From the NCBI GenBank assembly GCA_964234715.1, contig OZ174281.1: DNA of 64,000 nucleotides. One strand, given 5' to 3'. Shown one piece after another: positions 51,501-63,429 of this stretch (within the stretch, counting starts at the first letter, position 1; each line of letters opens with the position of its first letter). A model generated the notes under the pieces. It was not told the DNA's origin. It ran no database searches and saw only the letters and a program-made list of their open reading frames with translations. The translations under genes and the position numbers were made by a program. This DNA comes from Podarcis melisellensis. Taxonomy: Eukaryota.

Positions 51501-54500
51501 ACTTTTCCCCTTTTCTTTTGAAGTTATGGGAATTTCAAATTTAGTGTGGAAGTTTCAATTTTTTTTTTTTAAAAAAAGAAAGGCATATAGCCCATCTAAA
51601 AGCACGAAGAAAGGGGAAAGACTGACAGCTGAGCTAGCACTCACAGCTGTCATTTCATTTGCCTCCCTGGGCTCAGCCTGAGGGACGTGTTACAAGCGCT
51701 CTCCCTATCTTTCCCCTTGTTTGTGTGTCTTCGCCTCTACAGGTCCAGCGTGCCCAGTGACAACAGCAACAGTGAGGCACCAGGAGGAGCCTGGCTGCCT
51801 CACAAAATACTTCAGCGTAGTGTGGTGCAAGGCCTCCAAGAAAAAACACAAGAAGTGGGAAGGTGATGCCATTCTTATTGTGAGAGGGAAGTCGGTGATC
51901 CTGAAAGATACAGAAGGCAGAGACATTGGAAGAGGTAATGCCAAATTAGAGTGCAACTCTGATGTGTAGAAGTTCAGCACTGCCCCCAAAGGAATGTGTG
52001 CTTGAATAAAATGAAAACAGTTGTTTGTATGGTCGGCATTACAATGGAGTAGGAAATTTGGCAGTGGCGCAGTCTTTGTCGGTGATTGGCTGAACTGTTC
52101 TTGTGTCACAGAGAAGTAGGAAAGCCAGAATTGTCTCTGGCTGCTTGCTATTGGTTATGGGCTCAGATCCAAGAGAGAAGGGCCAGGCAGGTGCAGGGGC
52201 TTTGGAAACAAAGAGTGAAAGAGGCAGAGGGGCCTGAGAAGGAAGTAGGTCAGAAGGAACAGAGGGACTTAGGGTATGAGTACTGGTGCTTGAGAAAGAT
52301 CTGGAGGAACGTGGGGAAAGACAAGGAGGAGTCTGAGAAGAGAACTGGGAGAAAGAAGACGGTAGTTAGGAAAAGATGCATGTGACCAGGAGCTTCAGAG
52401 GCAGAGACCTGCCTCTGATTTGAAATAAGCAGCCAAATCTCAGGCTGAAGGCCCCTTAAGGCTCATATTTAATGCACCCCACCATTTTGGTTTTTTTTTT
52501 TTACTCTAACTGATAAATCCAACAAATTATTTGCTTTGTTCTGATGGTTCAAAAGTCTAGTAATACTTCACACCCCTTAATTCAGGGGTTCTCAAACAGA
52601 CATGCATGGAGCTGGTTGGGGGAATGCTCTGGATAAGCATGAGAAGGAGGCTGCAGGGCTTTAGAGGAATCGATGAGAATTGCCTTCTCCTTCCCTTCGT
52701 CCAGCAAGGAGTCTCCATTGGATCTTGGAGCCTTTCCGTTCATGGACAGAGCACTCTGGATCCAACCTAATGTGGCCAAAGTCTTCGTCTAACTTTTACC
52801 TGACAGCTTTATCATGACTATTATTTTAATTTTCTGTTCATCTCAGCTAAACATTTTGCGGCCTGCCTTAGGTGCTGGATACAAAGTCAAAGACCTGGAG
52901 AATTTTGACCAAGGCCAGACTCTGATGGTTGGAGGCAAAGAAATTGAAGTGATGGGCATAATTGCAGAAGAGGACTTCAAAAGCGGCAAGTGTTTTCAGT
53001 CTGGTGTGAAGACTGCCGAGGAGATTTGGAACGTCTCGCAAGCTGCTGCAAAACCATTCTGCAACCCTTTCAAAAATGTATCCAAAACTAACACTGACGG
53101 AAATCCTCCCAAAGGCTCCCAGAACTATAACCCACGTCATGATCCATGCGCACCAAGTGAGGATTTTTATGGTTCACCTGCTTTAATCTGTTTTTAACCT
53201 CTGTATTATCCTCTTCTGAATTTGAATAGACTGGCAGGATTAGGCCCTGGTTTTTTTGGCCTCCTCTGCTCCAATATATTGGGGTGAATATTTTTTTAAA
53301 TAAATTTCGAATCTACATGAGGAGATGTGCAGGGGTTGCTAGTAGCAGGCAATAATACATTTAAATGGACAATCTGCAACTAATGCCCCCCCCATCAGAT
53401 TAATTTGGAGAGGATGCTTTCTTTTCTGCAGCAGCCTAACCTTTCCCAGCCAGGGGCCCTCCAATTGTTTCTTCTTATTGTTATAAGAAAAAACTGCTCC
53501 TTTTCCCTTGTGGGGTACCCAGGAGCCCATATAGAGTCCTTTTGTAGGTTCTCTATTGGTAGGAGAAAATAACAGAGGCCAACCAGAGAATCTTGAGGAG
53601 CAAAGCAGCTAGTAAGCCTGATCTTTATTACCGTATTTTTCGCACCATAGGGCGCACCGGACCATAGGGCGCACCCAGTTTTTTGGGGGGGAAATAAAGG
53701 GGAAAAAATTATTTCCCCCCAGGTGCGGGGCTGGGGTGGGGGAAGCTAGAGCTTCCCCGACCCCAGCCCTCAAACAGGCAGCTCTCCGCAAGCAGCGGGA
53801 ACGCTCCCGCTGCTTGCGGAGAGGTCCGCGAAGCCTGGACGCGCTGAGCTCAGCGCGCCCAGGCTTCGGCATGCAGGCACCTCTCCGCAAGCAGTGGGAA
53901 CGCTCCCGCTGCTTGCGGAGAGGTCCGCGAAGCCTGGACGCGCTGAGCTCAGCGCGCCCAGGCTTCGGCATGCAGGCACCTCTCCGCAAGCAGCGGGAAC
54001 GCTCCCGCTGCTTGCGGAGAGGTCCGCGAAGCCTGGACGCGCTGAGCTCAGCGCGCCCAGGCTTCGGCATGCAGGCACCTCTCCGCAAGCAGCGGGAACG
54101 CTCCCGCTGCTTGCGGAGAGGTCCGCGAAGCCTGGACGCGCTGAGCTCAGCGCGCCCAGGCTTCGGCATGCAGGCAGCTCTCCGCAAGCAGCGGGAACGC
54201 TCCCGCTGCTTGCGGAGAGGTCCGCGAAGCCTGGACGCGCTGAGCTCAGCGCGCCCAGGCTTCGGCATGCAGGCACCTCTCCGCAAGCAGCGGGAACGCT
54301 CCCGCTGCTTGCGGAGAGGTCCACGAAGCCTGGACGCGCTGAGCTCAGTGCGCCCAGGCTTCGGCATGCAGGCACCTCTCCGCAAGCAGCGGGAGCCCAG
54401 CGCTGGGCTCCCACTGCTTGCGGAGAGGTGTGCGAAGCCTGGAGAGCATGAGGGGTTGGTGCGCACCGACCCCTCTCACTCTCCAGGCTTCAGCGAAAGC

Positions 54501-57500
54501 CTGCATTCGCACCATCGGACGCACACACATTTCCCCTTCATTTTTGGAGGGGAAAAAGTGCGTCCTATGGTGCGAAAAATACGGTAACTGTTGCAACAGG
54601 GTCTCACTGTCACATGCAAGAGACAGGAGGGACTCCAAACCATGCGCTCAAGCCCTTATATAGACTTTTGAACTGCCCACCCTGGAGCCCAAAACCACCC
54701 CTCCATACATCATACATACATCAGAGAAGGGGCAGACTACAACAGAAGCCTGAGTGCATTGTTTTTATCCTGTCTGCCAGGTTACCTGATTGGATTACCT
54801 GGGCATCCTGACCACTCTTTTGTTATGATAGCTACTCAATTCCTGAATCCAGGTCACAGGCTCACCCTATTCATTTCTTAAATGTGCCCTTGAGACAGGA
54901 TTTGTGAGCATAGAGACAATGGGGAGGCTCCCCATTTCCTTCGACCTTGCAGAGAAATATTTGAGGTCGTTTGGGAGAGACAAAATGATTTCAGGACTTT
55001 TTTCTGTGGGGTTTCAGATATGTGCTTGCTTGGTACATTTATGAACATTTATTATATATATGACTTTAACATTCTTATAACATTATAATTCACATCAGCG
55101 CTAACTGTTGGGCTTGCTGGCTGGTGCTGATGGGAGTTGGAGTCCAACAGCAGCTGGTGGGTACCAGGTTGGGGAAGGCAGCAGTGGCTAGTCAAATATT
55201 CCTTCATACCTTGAGGGCATATCCACACCATGCATTTAAATCAAAACAAGAGTAAAATCTATTTAGGTAACATTGACAATCATTTGCTGTTCTGCTGCTT
55301 TACTTAATCTGATAATTAAAAACATAACTGTGTTTGCCAGCTGTCGATTCTCCCCCAACCAGTAGCTTTTACTGAATAAACAGTAATGTTGCTTTCATGA
55401 TTCCTGTGCTTCAAATTTAAGATTGCTTAGTTATGCTGCGCCCATCCCCAAATCACCAGCGGTTGTTCAACAAGTTGGGCTTGCCTGTGGTGGATGTTGT
55501 TGTGGACCCCCACATTGTAAACCATCTTCGACCGCACCAACGGGAAGGGATCACATTTCTTTATGAATGTATGATGGGAATGAGGTAAGAGGATAATCAT
55601 TTTGTACTTCTTTTTAAATTGCGTGAACAAAAGCTGAAGTATGCCTTTCAGTCATCTGCAGTAAATCACACAGGTGGGCAAACTTTCTTTCTGCTTTCTG
55701 ATTTCATCGGTCTTTTTAGAACCTTGGCATGGGGTGGGGGGCAGGCTGGTATCTCTGAAGCTTATTGAGAATTGGCCTATATGTCATGGGTATGCTGTAG
55801 TGGTAGGAAATGGCATAGCCCTGGTGGTTAATTCAGTTGAATTGCATTTGGACCAGCTACAGCAGGAGGTTTCTATTAATGAATAATGCAACCGATTCTC
55901 TCCTAGCAAATTCCACCCTCAGAGAAGCAGGGCACTCATTCGAGATACACTTGACACGTTACACATTAACAGGGAAGTTAGTGAGAAAGCTCATTGTTGA
56001 AATTGCTATGCCATTTGCTTAATATAAACTCTAATTTGAAGTAGGGATTTTAAACTTCAATCCTATACCCACTTACCTGAGTGTAAGCCTCATTGGACTT
56101 CTGAATAACAACAAAGGAGAAGACCACAATGAAAGGAGAAAGTTGGGATATTGATTCCTGTTCATTCAGTAAAACTGTTCCAATCTCATTCCCTTATCAG
56201 AGTAAGTTGAGAAAGCTTTTGCCAAAGTTAGGAGCTTTCTACAAATTTGATTCAGGTTGTATAAGAAAACAGCCTCAGAAACTTAGAAGGAGATGTATTC
56301 TAAGCAAAAATACTAGATTAAGCTAATAAACATAAATGTTATTTTGTTATTCATTTTTGTAGCATTTTCTGTATATTAATGTTTTTACCCTTGTGGGGTT
56401 TTTACCCTTTCTGGTTTTGCACTAAATTGAATTATTTGATATGCACCTTGTAACAACATTGTCATATTATTGAAGGTGTGTGACTGAACCAACACATACA
56501 AATAGTAAGTAAATGAAATAAAAATCTAAGGCCAGGCCTCAATACATATTTTTGTGAAAAAGAACAAAGGACTTGCATAGCTTAACAATATGGATTTTCC
56601 TAAGAATGGTTTGCAGAGAATTGCCAAGCTTTAAAAGAAGAAGAATAAAGTATCAACCATGCAATTGTCTTTTTTCAGAGTAAGTTGTAGATTTGGAGCC
56701 ATTCTTGCAGATGAAATGGGTTTAGGAAAAACTCTGCAGTGCATTTCAGTCCTCTGGACTCTCCTGCGTCAAGGGCCATATGGATGCAAACCTGTAATAA
56801 AACAGGCACTGATAGTCACTCCTGGGAGTCTGGTGAAGAACTGGGGGAAAGAATTTCAAAAATGGCTGGGAAGTGAGAGAATCAAGGTGTTCTTAGTGGA
56901 TCAGGTGAGATAATAGTCCTGTTTGTACATCATGTTAAACCATTCTTAAACCACTGTTAATTGAAAAATGCCAAAGAACGTTCTGCAGATAGAATCCTAG
57001 AGCTGGAAGGGACCCTGCGGACCATCTAGTCCAACCCCCTGCAATGCAGGAATATGCAGCTGTCCCTTGTGGGGATTGAACCTGCAACCTTGGCATTATC
57101 AGCACCACGCTTTAACTGTTTTGTCATACACTATCTTCTTTCCACGCGGCCTACTTCTCGCCCTGAGCTGCCCCTCTTCCTGACTTCCCTTAAGGCTTTG
57201 CAGTGCCCAGCTGCTAGCATTGCCTCATCATGTCACCATTTCCCTTTCCATTGGTCAGCTCCAAGAGCGAGGGTGTGGGAATCTTAGCAGTCTTTAGCAA
57301 CTTTAATCAACCTGCAGTGTTCTCTTTACATTCTCCCAATAAAGAAATGCCCATACTCCTTTGCAACATGTGTTTTTTAGAAATCCTTTTCTTCCACTCC
57401 TCTGGTCTACCCAATTGTAATTGACCCATTACCATAAATTTGAGCTCAGTAAACTTGCCGATCAGAAGGTCGGGGGTTCGAATCCCCATGACGGGGTGAG

Positions 57501-60500
57501 CTCCCGTTGCTCGGTCCCTGCTCCTGCCAACCTAGCAGTTCGAAAGCACCCCCGGGTGCAAGTACATAAATAGGTACCGCTCCGGCGGGAAGGTAAACGG
57601 CGTTTCCGTGCTCTGCTCTGGTTCGCCAGAAGCGGCTTAGTCATGCTGGCTACGTGACCTGGAAGTTGTACGCCTGCTCCCTCAGCCAATAAAGCAAGAT
57701 GAGCACCGCAACCCCAGAGTCGGCCACGACTGGACCTAATGGTCAGGGATCCCTTTACCTTTACCTTTAAACCTTACCTGTGTTGGAGCCATCCCCCATC
57801 TCCCCTCCCCATCTGCTCCTGGATGGTTAAAAGACTGCTTTCAATAATGCACACTTAAGTATTTTCATCTGTTTCATTTGTAATCATCAACAGGAATAGA
57901 ACCTTTCTTGAATTCCTCCCACTTACTTGGCATTCTCTCTTCTATTTCTGTGCTTTGCTATTCAGGCATAAAGTTGCTGCTACTGTGAGCTGTACCTACT
58001 TGGATAAAGTAGGTATAGCTCAAAGCGATATGTCAAAGAAATTCCCTTTAAGTTTTCAACTCCAGCTTGAGCTGCAGCTGTGAATTGCAGTGGGGCAGGG
58101 ATGGGGGTGGGGAAAGGCAGAGTTGGATGGGGAAAAGGATCCTGTTATTAGTCAGAGTTAGCAGCAACGTGAACTTCAGGAAATTTTCTAGTGAGAGTTG
58201 CTGAATGCTAAGATTGGCTTCTCTTGCTTAAAGTTGCAGTAACCTGGTGGGCAATTTGGGCAGGGCAGCAAAACAAACACACATAAACCATCGTTAGGGA
58301 GGTACTTACATTCACATGTAATACTAAGCCATAGTTAAGGTCAGTAAAGCAACAACAAACCATGGTTTGTTTTCACAAACATGGCATAGTTAAGGCATTT
58401 TGCTGGGTTAGTATGTAACGCTAAGCCATGGCTTATTAACTAAGATTTCTTTAAACCATTGTTTAACATGATGTGCGAACCAGGAACAATGTTCACCTGT
58501 CACCTGTAACAATGCTAGGTACTTTCCTTGGTGTTTGGATAGACCTTAGTTCTATTTTTACTGTTGCGGAGCCTGTTAGCTGGTTTGAGAATGTTTACAC
58601 TGCGCCTTGTTAGCATTTGTATTCCTATTGTAAAAAACAGTTGAAAAATCATTTTGAGTGTTGCTTTTTGCTGCTTCCCCATGTGGGGACAATAAAATCT
58701 AGATGTAACTTTACAACTCTACATTGACATGCTGTGTGGTGTTGTCAATGGAGCCACCCAAGGACTTGCAACACAACTGAGTAGAAGCACCTCAGCATTT
58801 GTGAATANNNNNNNNNNNNNNNNNNNNNNNNNNNNNNNNNNNNNNNNNNNNNNNNNNNNNNNNNNNNNNNNNNNNNNNNNNNNNNNNNNNNNNNNNNNNN
58901 NNNNNNNNNNNNNNNNNNNNNNNNNNNNNNNNNNNNNNNNNNNNNNNNNNNNNNNNNNNNNNNNNNNNNNNNNNNNNNNNNNNNNNNNNNNNNNNNNNNN
59001 NNNNNNNNNNNNNNNNNNNNNNNNNNNNNNNNNNNNNNNTGCCAGGAGGAGGATAGCATTTCCTGTTATGGGCCTACCGTGATCTGTCATTCCACCTTTC
59101 TCCTCTGCTGTTAAAACAAATGTAACAATTGATACGAAAAAGGGCAAAAACCCCCAGAACACTAGGGTGCCTCCCCCTCACCAGAGCCATTATTCTCCTT
59201 TGCAATTAACAGAAGGTGCAACATTTTCTGATTGGAGAGTGTGCATGTGAATTAGGATGTTTATATGCACATGCATGCATAAGAAGCCCACATCATGGTC
59301 AGTGTGAGAAACAAGATGCTGGGCTTGACAAACCACTGCCCTCATCTAGCAGGGCTTCCCACACGAAAGCAATAGCCCTCTCTCGCTCTTCTTCCCCAGT
59401 GGCTGGTGTTCAGGGGCATGGTGCCTGTCATCCAACAGGTAGTGTACAGCCATCATGACTATTGGCCACGGATAGCTTTCTCCCGTGTGAATTGGAGTAA
59501 TCACCTTTGAGAACCATCTAAACTAGCAACTATGCCCATGTCTTATGGCAGTGACATACACAGATTAACTAACCACTGTGTGAGGAAGTAAACACACAGG
59601 CGTTTTTGTTTCTTTAAACTGCCAACTTGCCTGACCCACAAAGCATTATAATTCTCTCTACGATCTGCAGGATCACAAAGTAGAAGAGTTCATCAATTCC
59701 CCACTTTATTCAGTCCTGATCATTAGTTATGAGATGTTTCTACGCTCCCTGGACCAAATACAGAAGGCGCAGTTTGGCCTTGTCATTTGCGATGAGGGAC
59801 ATCGCTTGAAAAATGCTGCTATTAAGACGACGACTGCACTTGCCAGTCTGTCTTGTGAGAGGAGAATTATTCTGACTGGTGAGTACTTAATCATCCTGTT
59901 GCCACCAAACGGACTAGCACGGGGATAAAATAAGTGTTTGTCACATTTATGAATGTAGCTGGAGAGGGAACACTTCTTAGGATACTACATGAAGAGTTAT
60001 TTGTGTCCAAGCAAGATGTTGAGATCAGACCCCGGTAGCTGGAAGCACTGTTTGCCATACAGTAAAAAAGATAAATTTACATTGTAATGCTAAAGATGAA
60101 TAAAACGTAATCAGCTCGGGGGGGGGGGCAGCCCTTCTGAAGGTGTAAATGCATTCCTTTTCTCTTCCAAGGTACTCCAGTACAAAATGATCTGCAAGAA
60201 TTTTATGCATTAATAGAGTATGTAAATCCTGGAATACTTGGTCCTTTGTCTACATACAAAAAAGTATATGAGGAACCTATTCTCAGATCCCGAGAGCCTT
60301 CAGCAACAAAGGTACATTATCATCAAAATCTGGAATTGAACAGCGTGATTTAAAATTAAGGGGCACCCGGTGCTGCTTGACAATATGAGGAATGAACCGT
60401 TCTTCTGGATGAGATTGTACAGAAAGGCATTACAGTACTTAACTTTACCCTTGCAGTGTTACATGTGTTCATACTTCTAAAAGCTGAGTAGGATTTTCAG

Positions 60501-62082
60501 AATTTATTGTACAACACAAACGGCTCCATTTGGTCTTAGCTCCCTATAGTGGCTTCCATTGCTGAATACTATTGAAAACTGGCAAAATGCTCATAACTTT
60601 TGCTGAGTGGGGTGTGCACAGAGCACATCAGTATACAGAGGCACAGCATATTTGGCATGATGAGTGGGAAGGGGCCATAACCTAGAAGCAGAGCCCATGT
60701 TTTGCATGCAGAAGGTCTCTAGTTCAAAAGGGGTTGGAAAAGATCCTTGCCTGAAATCCTAGAGAGCCAGTCCCCATAAACGATACAGTAGTAGCTGGAC
60801 TAATGGTCCCATCTGTTACAAAGGAACTTCATATGCTCATAATATGCTCATATTTTGAGGATCCCTACTGGTATTGGATGAGTCACCCAGTATCAGGGGT
60901 GGGTGGCAAGTTTGGGGTTCATTGCAACAGTTGTCCTCAGGCACAGTACTTTACTCTTCCCTATAGGAGTGAAATGACAACTATTAACTTACGCAGGAGA
61001 AAGTTAAGGGGTGTATGTTAACAGTGGCTAAGTCTGCTTCTTCCTCATGGAAACCCTATTGTCTTAACTCTGCTCCAGATTGCATTTCTTAGCCAAGGTA
61101 GAGTGGTATGCGAACTTGAGAACTGGATTTATCATTCCCTCTATTTCTGAAATTCAGGTGTGGGTGCCATTGCTTTGTGTAGCCAAGATGTCACCACCCA
61201 CCCACTGTAGGGGGATGTATCAGAACTGCACATGTTCTGTACTGACTGACTGGGGAGGGGGTGGATGGAATGGAGTATCCTGGAGGGGGACGTGTCTGCC
61301 TGACTCAAAGAGGAACACTCCTCAATACAACATTGCAGGTCTCTAGATCTATAAAGGTACCCCTGCCCGTACGGGCCAGTCGTGTCCAACACTAGGGTTG
61401 TGCGCCCATCTCACTTAAGAGGCCGGGGGCCAGCACTGTCCGGAGACACCTCCGGGTCACGTGGCCAGCGTGACAAAGCTGCTTTGGCGAGCCGGCACCA
61501 GCGCAGCACACGGAAACGCCGTTTACCTTCCCGCTATAAAGCGGTACCTATTTATCTACTTGCACTTAGGGGTGCTTTCGAACTGCTAGGTGGGCAGGAG
61601 CTGGGACCGAAAGACGGGAGCTCACCCCGCCGCTGGGATTCGAACCTCCGACCATGCGATTGGCAAGCCCTAGGCGCTGAGGTTTTACCCACAGTGCCAC
61701 CCACGTCCCTTCACTCTATATCTATAGACCATTACTATTAAGCTGAGATTGTTTGTATGAGCCAGATTGACTGTCCTTTTCATTTACTTAGGAAGAAATT
61801 GAACTGGGAGAGAGAAGAGCAGCAGAACTGACTCGCCTCACTGGACTCTTCATTCTGAGAAGAACCCAAGATGTCATAAACAAATTCCTCCCTCCTAAAT
61901 TGGAGAGCATACTTTTCTGCCGCCCAACAGCACTGCAGCTCGATCTCTATCGAAGTCTGCTGAGCTCTCCGTTTGTTAGATCTTGCCTTCAGGGTAGTCT
62001 GGAAAACAGCTCCCATTTAATATGCATTGGAGCTCTGAAAAAGCTTTGCAACCACCCCTGCCTTCTCTTCAAAGCAATAAAG
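33423..62082 (+). CDS. RAD54B: RAD54B SNF2-family DNA repair/recombination translocase, coding exons 2-10 (gene continues past the window)
   Basis: Exons 33423-33545, 34947-35118, 51743-51934, 52872-53156, 55422-55584, 56679-56904, 59671-59878, 60172-60311, 61792-62082, phase-consistent. [10 protein letters not shown]-terminus; [19 protein letters not shown] (Walker A), CDEGHRLKN (DExH), [18 protein letters not shown]. Confidence 0.97.
34947..35118 (+). CDS. RAD54B: RAD54B exon 3
   Basis: tgtag|GTACAT...ATAG|gtaaga; open frame, phase 0 to 1 bridges exons 2 and 4. Confidence 0.8.
36543..36792. mobile_element. hAT-like MITE (same family as 11258-11507)
   Basis: TIRs CAGGGGTCAGCAA / TTGCCTACCCCTG; shared core ATGCCCCACAAATAACCCAGAGATGCATTT. 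Confidence 0.78.
37042..37140 (-). mobile_element. BovB/RTE extreme 3' fragment
   Basis: Reverse complement resembles 28060-28156, including the (CAA)n tail. Confidence 0.85.
39037..39407 (+). CDS. FSBP: FSBP exon 1 (coding part)
   Basis: ATG at 39037; donor CCATG|gtaagt. Confidence 0.95.
39037..46521 (+). CDS. FSBP: Fibrinogen silencer-binding protein (Myb/SANT-like DNA-binding domain plus coiled coil), 299 aa, nested in RAD54B intron 3
   Basis: Exons 39037-39407 and 45993-46521 total 900 nt; [36 protein letters not shown]... and ...[22 protein letters not shown]. Confidence 0.95.
41680..42160 (+). mobile_element. Degenerate L2 LINE RT 3' fragment
   Basis: [12 protein letters not shown]...[24 protein letters not shown]. 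Confidence 0.7.
43430..43670 (+). mobile_element. CR1 LINE 3' fragment; further CR1 3' ends at ~44900-45055 and ~63240-63315
   Basis: CR1-like end: ...ATACTTCTTCACACAGTGCATAATTAAACTATGGAAT... Confidence 0.6.
45993..46521 (+). CDS. FSBP: FSBP exon 2 (coding part)
   Basis: ttttag|TGCTACA; stop TGA ending 46521. Confidence 0.93.
46881..46886 (+). terminator. Candidate FSBP polyadenylation signal AATAAA
   Basis: AATAAA 360 nt after the stop codon, with T-rich sequence downstream. Confidence 0.55.
51743..51934 (+). CDS. RAD54B: RAD54B exon 4
   Basis: [29 protein letters not shown]...GRDIGRG. Confidence 0.93.
52872..53156 (+). CDS. RAD54B: RAD54B exon 5
   Basis: [27 protein letters not shown]...PRHDPCAP|gtgagg. 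Confidence 0.92.
53631..54584. mobile_element. Non-autonomous Tc2/pogo-type DNA transposon containing a palindromic minisatellite
   Basis: TA TSDs at 53629-53630 and 54585-54586; 27-bp TIR CCGTATTTTTCGCACCATAGG(G/A)CGCAC with 1 mismatch. Confidence 0.9.
53782..54428. repeat. 99-bp GC-rich tandem repeat, 6 full copies plus a variant 7th; each unit is two palindromes
   Basis: CTCTCCGCAAG recurs at 53782, 53881, 53980, 54079, 54178, 54277 and 54376. Confidence 0.97.
55422..55584 (+). CDS. RAD54B: RAD54B exon 6
   Basis: [13 protein letters not shown]...[30 protein letters not shown]. Confidence 0.94.
56679..56904 (+). CDS. RAD54B: RAD54B exon 7 (Walker A)
   Basis: [16 protein letters not shown]...[10 protein letters not shown]...VDQ|gtgaga. 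Confidence 0.95.
56990..57118 (-). mobile_element. Short tRNA-derived SINE with CR1-like 3' tail
   Basis: Similar to 18177-18316. Confidence 0.65.
57453..57768 (+). mobile_element. Sauria SINE, slightly 5'-truncated
   Basis: B-box GGTTCGAATCCC, shared core, CCTTTACCTTTACCTTT tail. Confidence 0.88.
59671..59878 (+). CDS. RAD54B: RAD54B exon 8 (DExH)
   Basis: [22 protein letters not shown]...CDEGHRLKN...RRIILT. Confidence 0.95.
60172..60311 (+). CDS. RAD54B: RAD54B exon 9
   Basis: [24 protein letters not shown]...EPSATK. Confidence 0.95.
61353..61709 (-). mobile_element. Full-length Sauria SINE
   Basis: Highly similar to 32861-33215; imperfect TSD CTCTA(G/T)ATCTATA. Confidence 0.9.
61792..62082 (+). 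CDS. RAD54B: RAD54B exon 10
   Basis: [26 protein letters not shown]...[16 protein letters not shown]|gtttgt. Confidence 0.95.
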
Positions 62083-63429
62083 GTTTGTATATTGTGCTTT
62101 GTTTAAACACATTGTTTACAAAGCATCTCACATTATCGGTGCCAAGAAAAACACAGTGGACAGCATTTCAGTCAACATAAAGACCACATAAGCATATCAA
62201 TAAATTCACAAATTACAGTAATTCAAAACGTGTTTATCACAAAAATACAGTGAAACTATTCCCAATTATATTAATTCACCTAAAAAACCTGATTCAGCAA
62301 CATGATAATCTGGGAGTAGGAGCAAACCTTGAAAGTTGTGAATAACTATGGTGCTTGCAGAGTCAACAGATCTGAGTGGGCAGTGAGAGGAAGAAACAAA
62401 TTACATGCATACATTGTGTGGCAGGCACATCTCTTATTTCGGGCAGTTCACCTCCCAGCTTTTATCTGAGCTTCCCTTGTAGCCCCACCCCCATCTCTCA
62501 CCTGGGGTTCAGATCATTACTCCCTCTAACACAGCCCTAATGCCCTTTGATGTTTACCCTTTGGGAGTGACCTGCCCATGGCAGCTTTGGGAAAGATGCT
62601 TCCCTCCCAGATACTGCTGCAGATATATGCCCCCCCCCTCGGTTTCTACTTTCTCACCTGGGCACATGGAACAGCTCTAGAGGGTTGTTAATATCAGCAG
62701 CGGCAGCTGCAGCTGCAGTTGAAGGCATTGGAGGCAAGGATCAAATTCTTTTCCAGCCCTTCAGATGTTCTGGCTGCTGTTACAGGACAAATGAATTTTC
62801 TTTCTCTCCCTTTCCCTTTGCCTCAAGGCTGCCCTGTTTGTTACTTACTACAGCAGTGCCAGCTGCTGCTGCTGCTGCTGCTGCTACCAGCAGATCAGCA
62901 AAAATCCCTTGAGAAATTATGTACTTCAGAAAGTAGCCGCACCTTTTGATTTCTTCAAAAACCTCAAGCCTGGAAAGTGTGAAAATGAAATGCTAACCTT
63001 TATCAGTTCCATTTCTTACAGTCTTTATTCTCTTAGCTGGCTTCTGCACTCATTATTAATTGGGCTTTTCTTATCCCGTCTCCCCAACTCCCTCTCAAAC
63101 TAGTTAATAAAAGATGTCAAGAGATGCCAGCGTATTTTATCTTGTCCTTTTAGAAAGCAATGCCTATTGCTTCTGTTGTATTATATTGCCAGTAGCAGCC
63201 ATGATTCCTTCAGGGCAATCTTTTAAAAATGTATGATCTCCTTGAGGTTCCTGCATTCCAGGGGGTTGGACTAGATGACCCTCGAGGTCCCTTCCAAATC
63301 CCTACAAATCTATGATGCTACCTTTATGGAATCTTTTCCATGCTGATTTTCCTGCCAAGGACCTGCCAAGCATCCCCTGCCTAAGATGCTTCTTTATTTG
63401 CTTGGAAATACATTATATTTATCTATATT

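Noticed and set aside
53782-54428. CRISPR-like array of palindromic repeats
   Set aside because: There are no unique spacers (units are near-identical), no cas genes, and the context is a vertebrate intron.
53609-54587. Long overlapping ORFs (185-285 aa) on both strands
   Set aside because: By-product of a GC-rich 99-bp (33-codon) palindromic tandem repeat inside a MITE; no domain and no fit to the RAD54B splice structure.
56990-57118. tRNA gene
   Set aside because: The tRNA-like head is degenerate, fused to a CR1-like tail and repeated at 18177, so it is a SINE; the same applies to the Sauria SINE heads.
62685-62949. Poly-Ala/poly-Leu ORFs
   Set aside because: Intronic (CAG/CTG)n microsatellite-like sequence; no RAD54B similarity.
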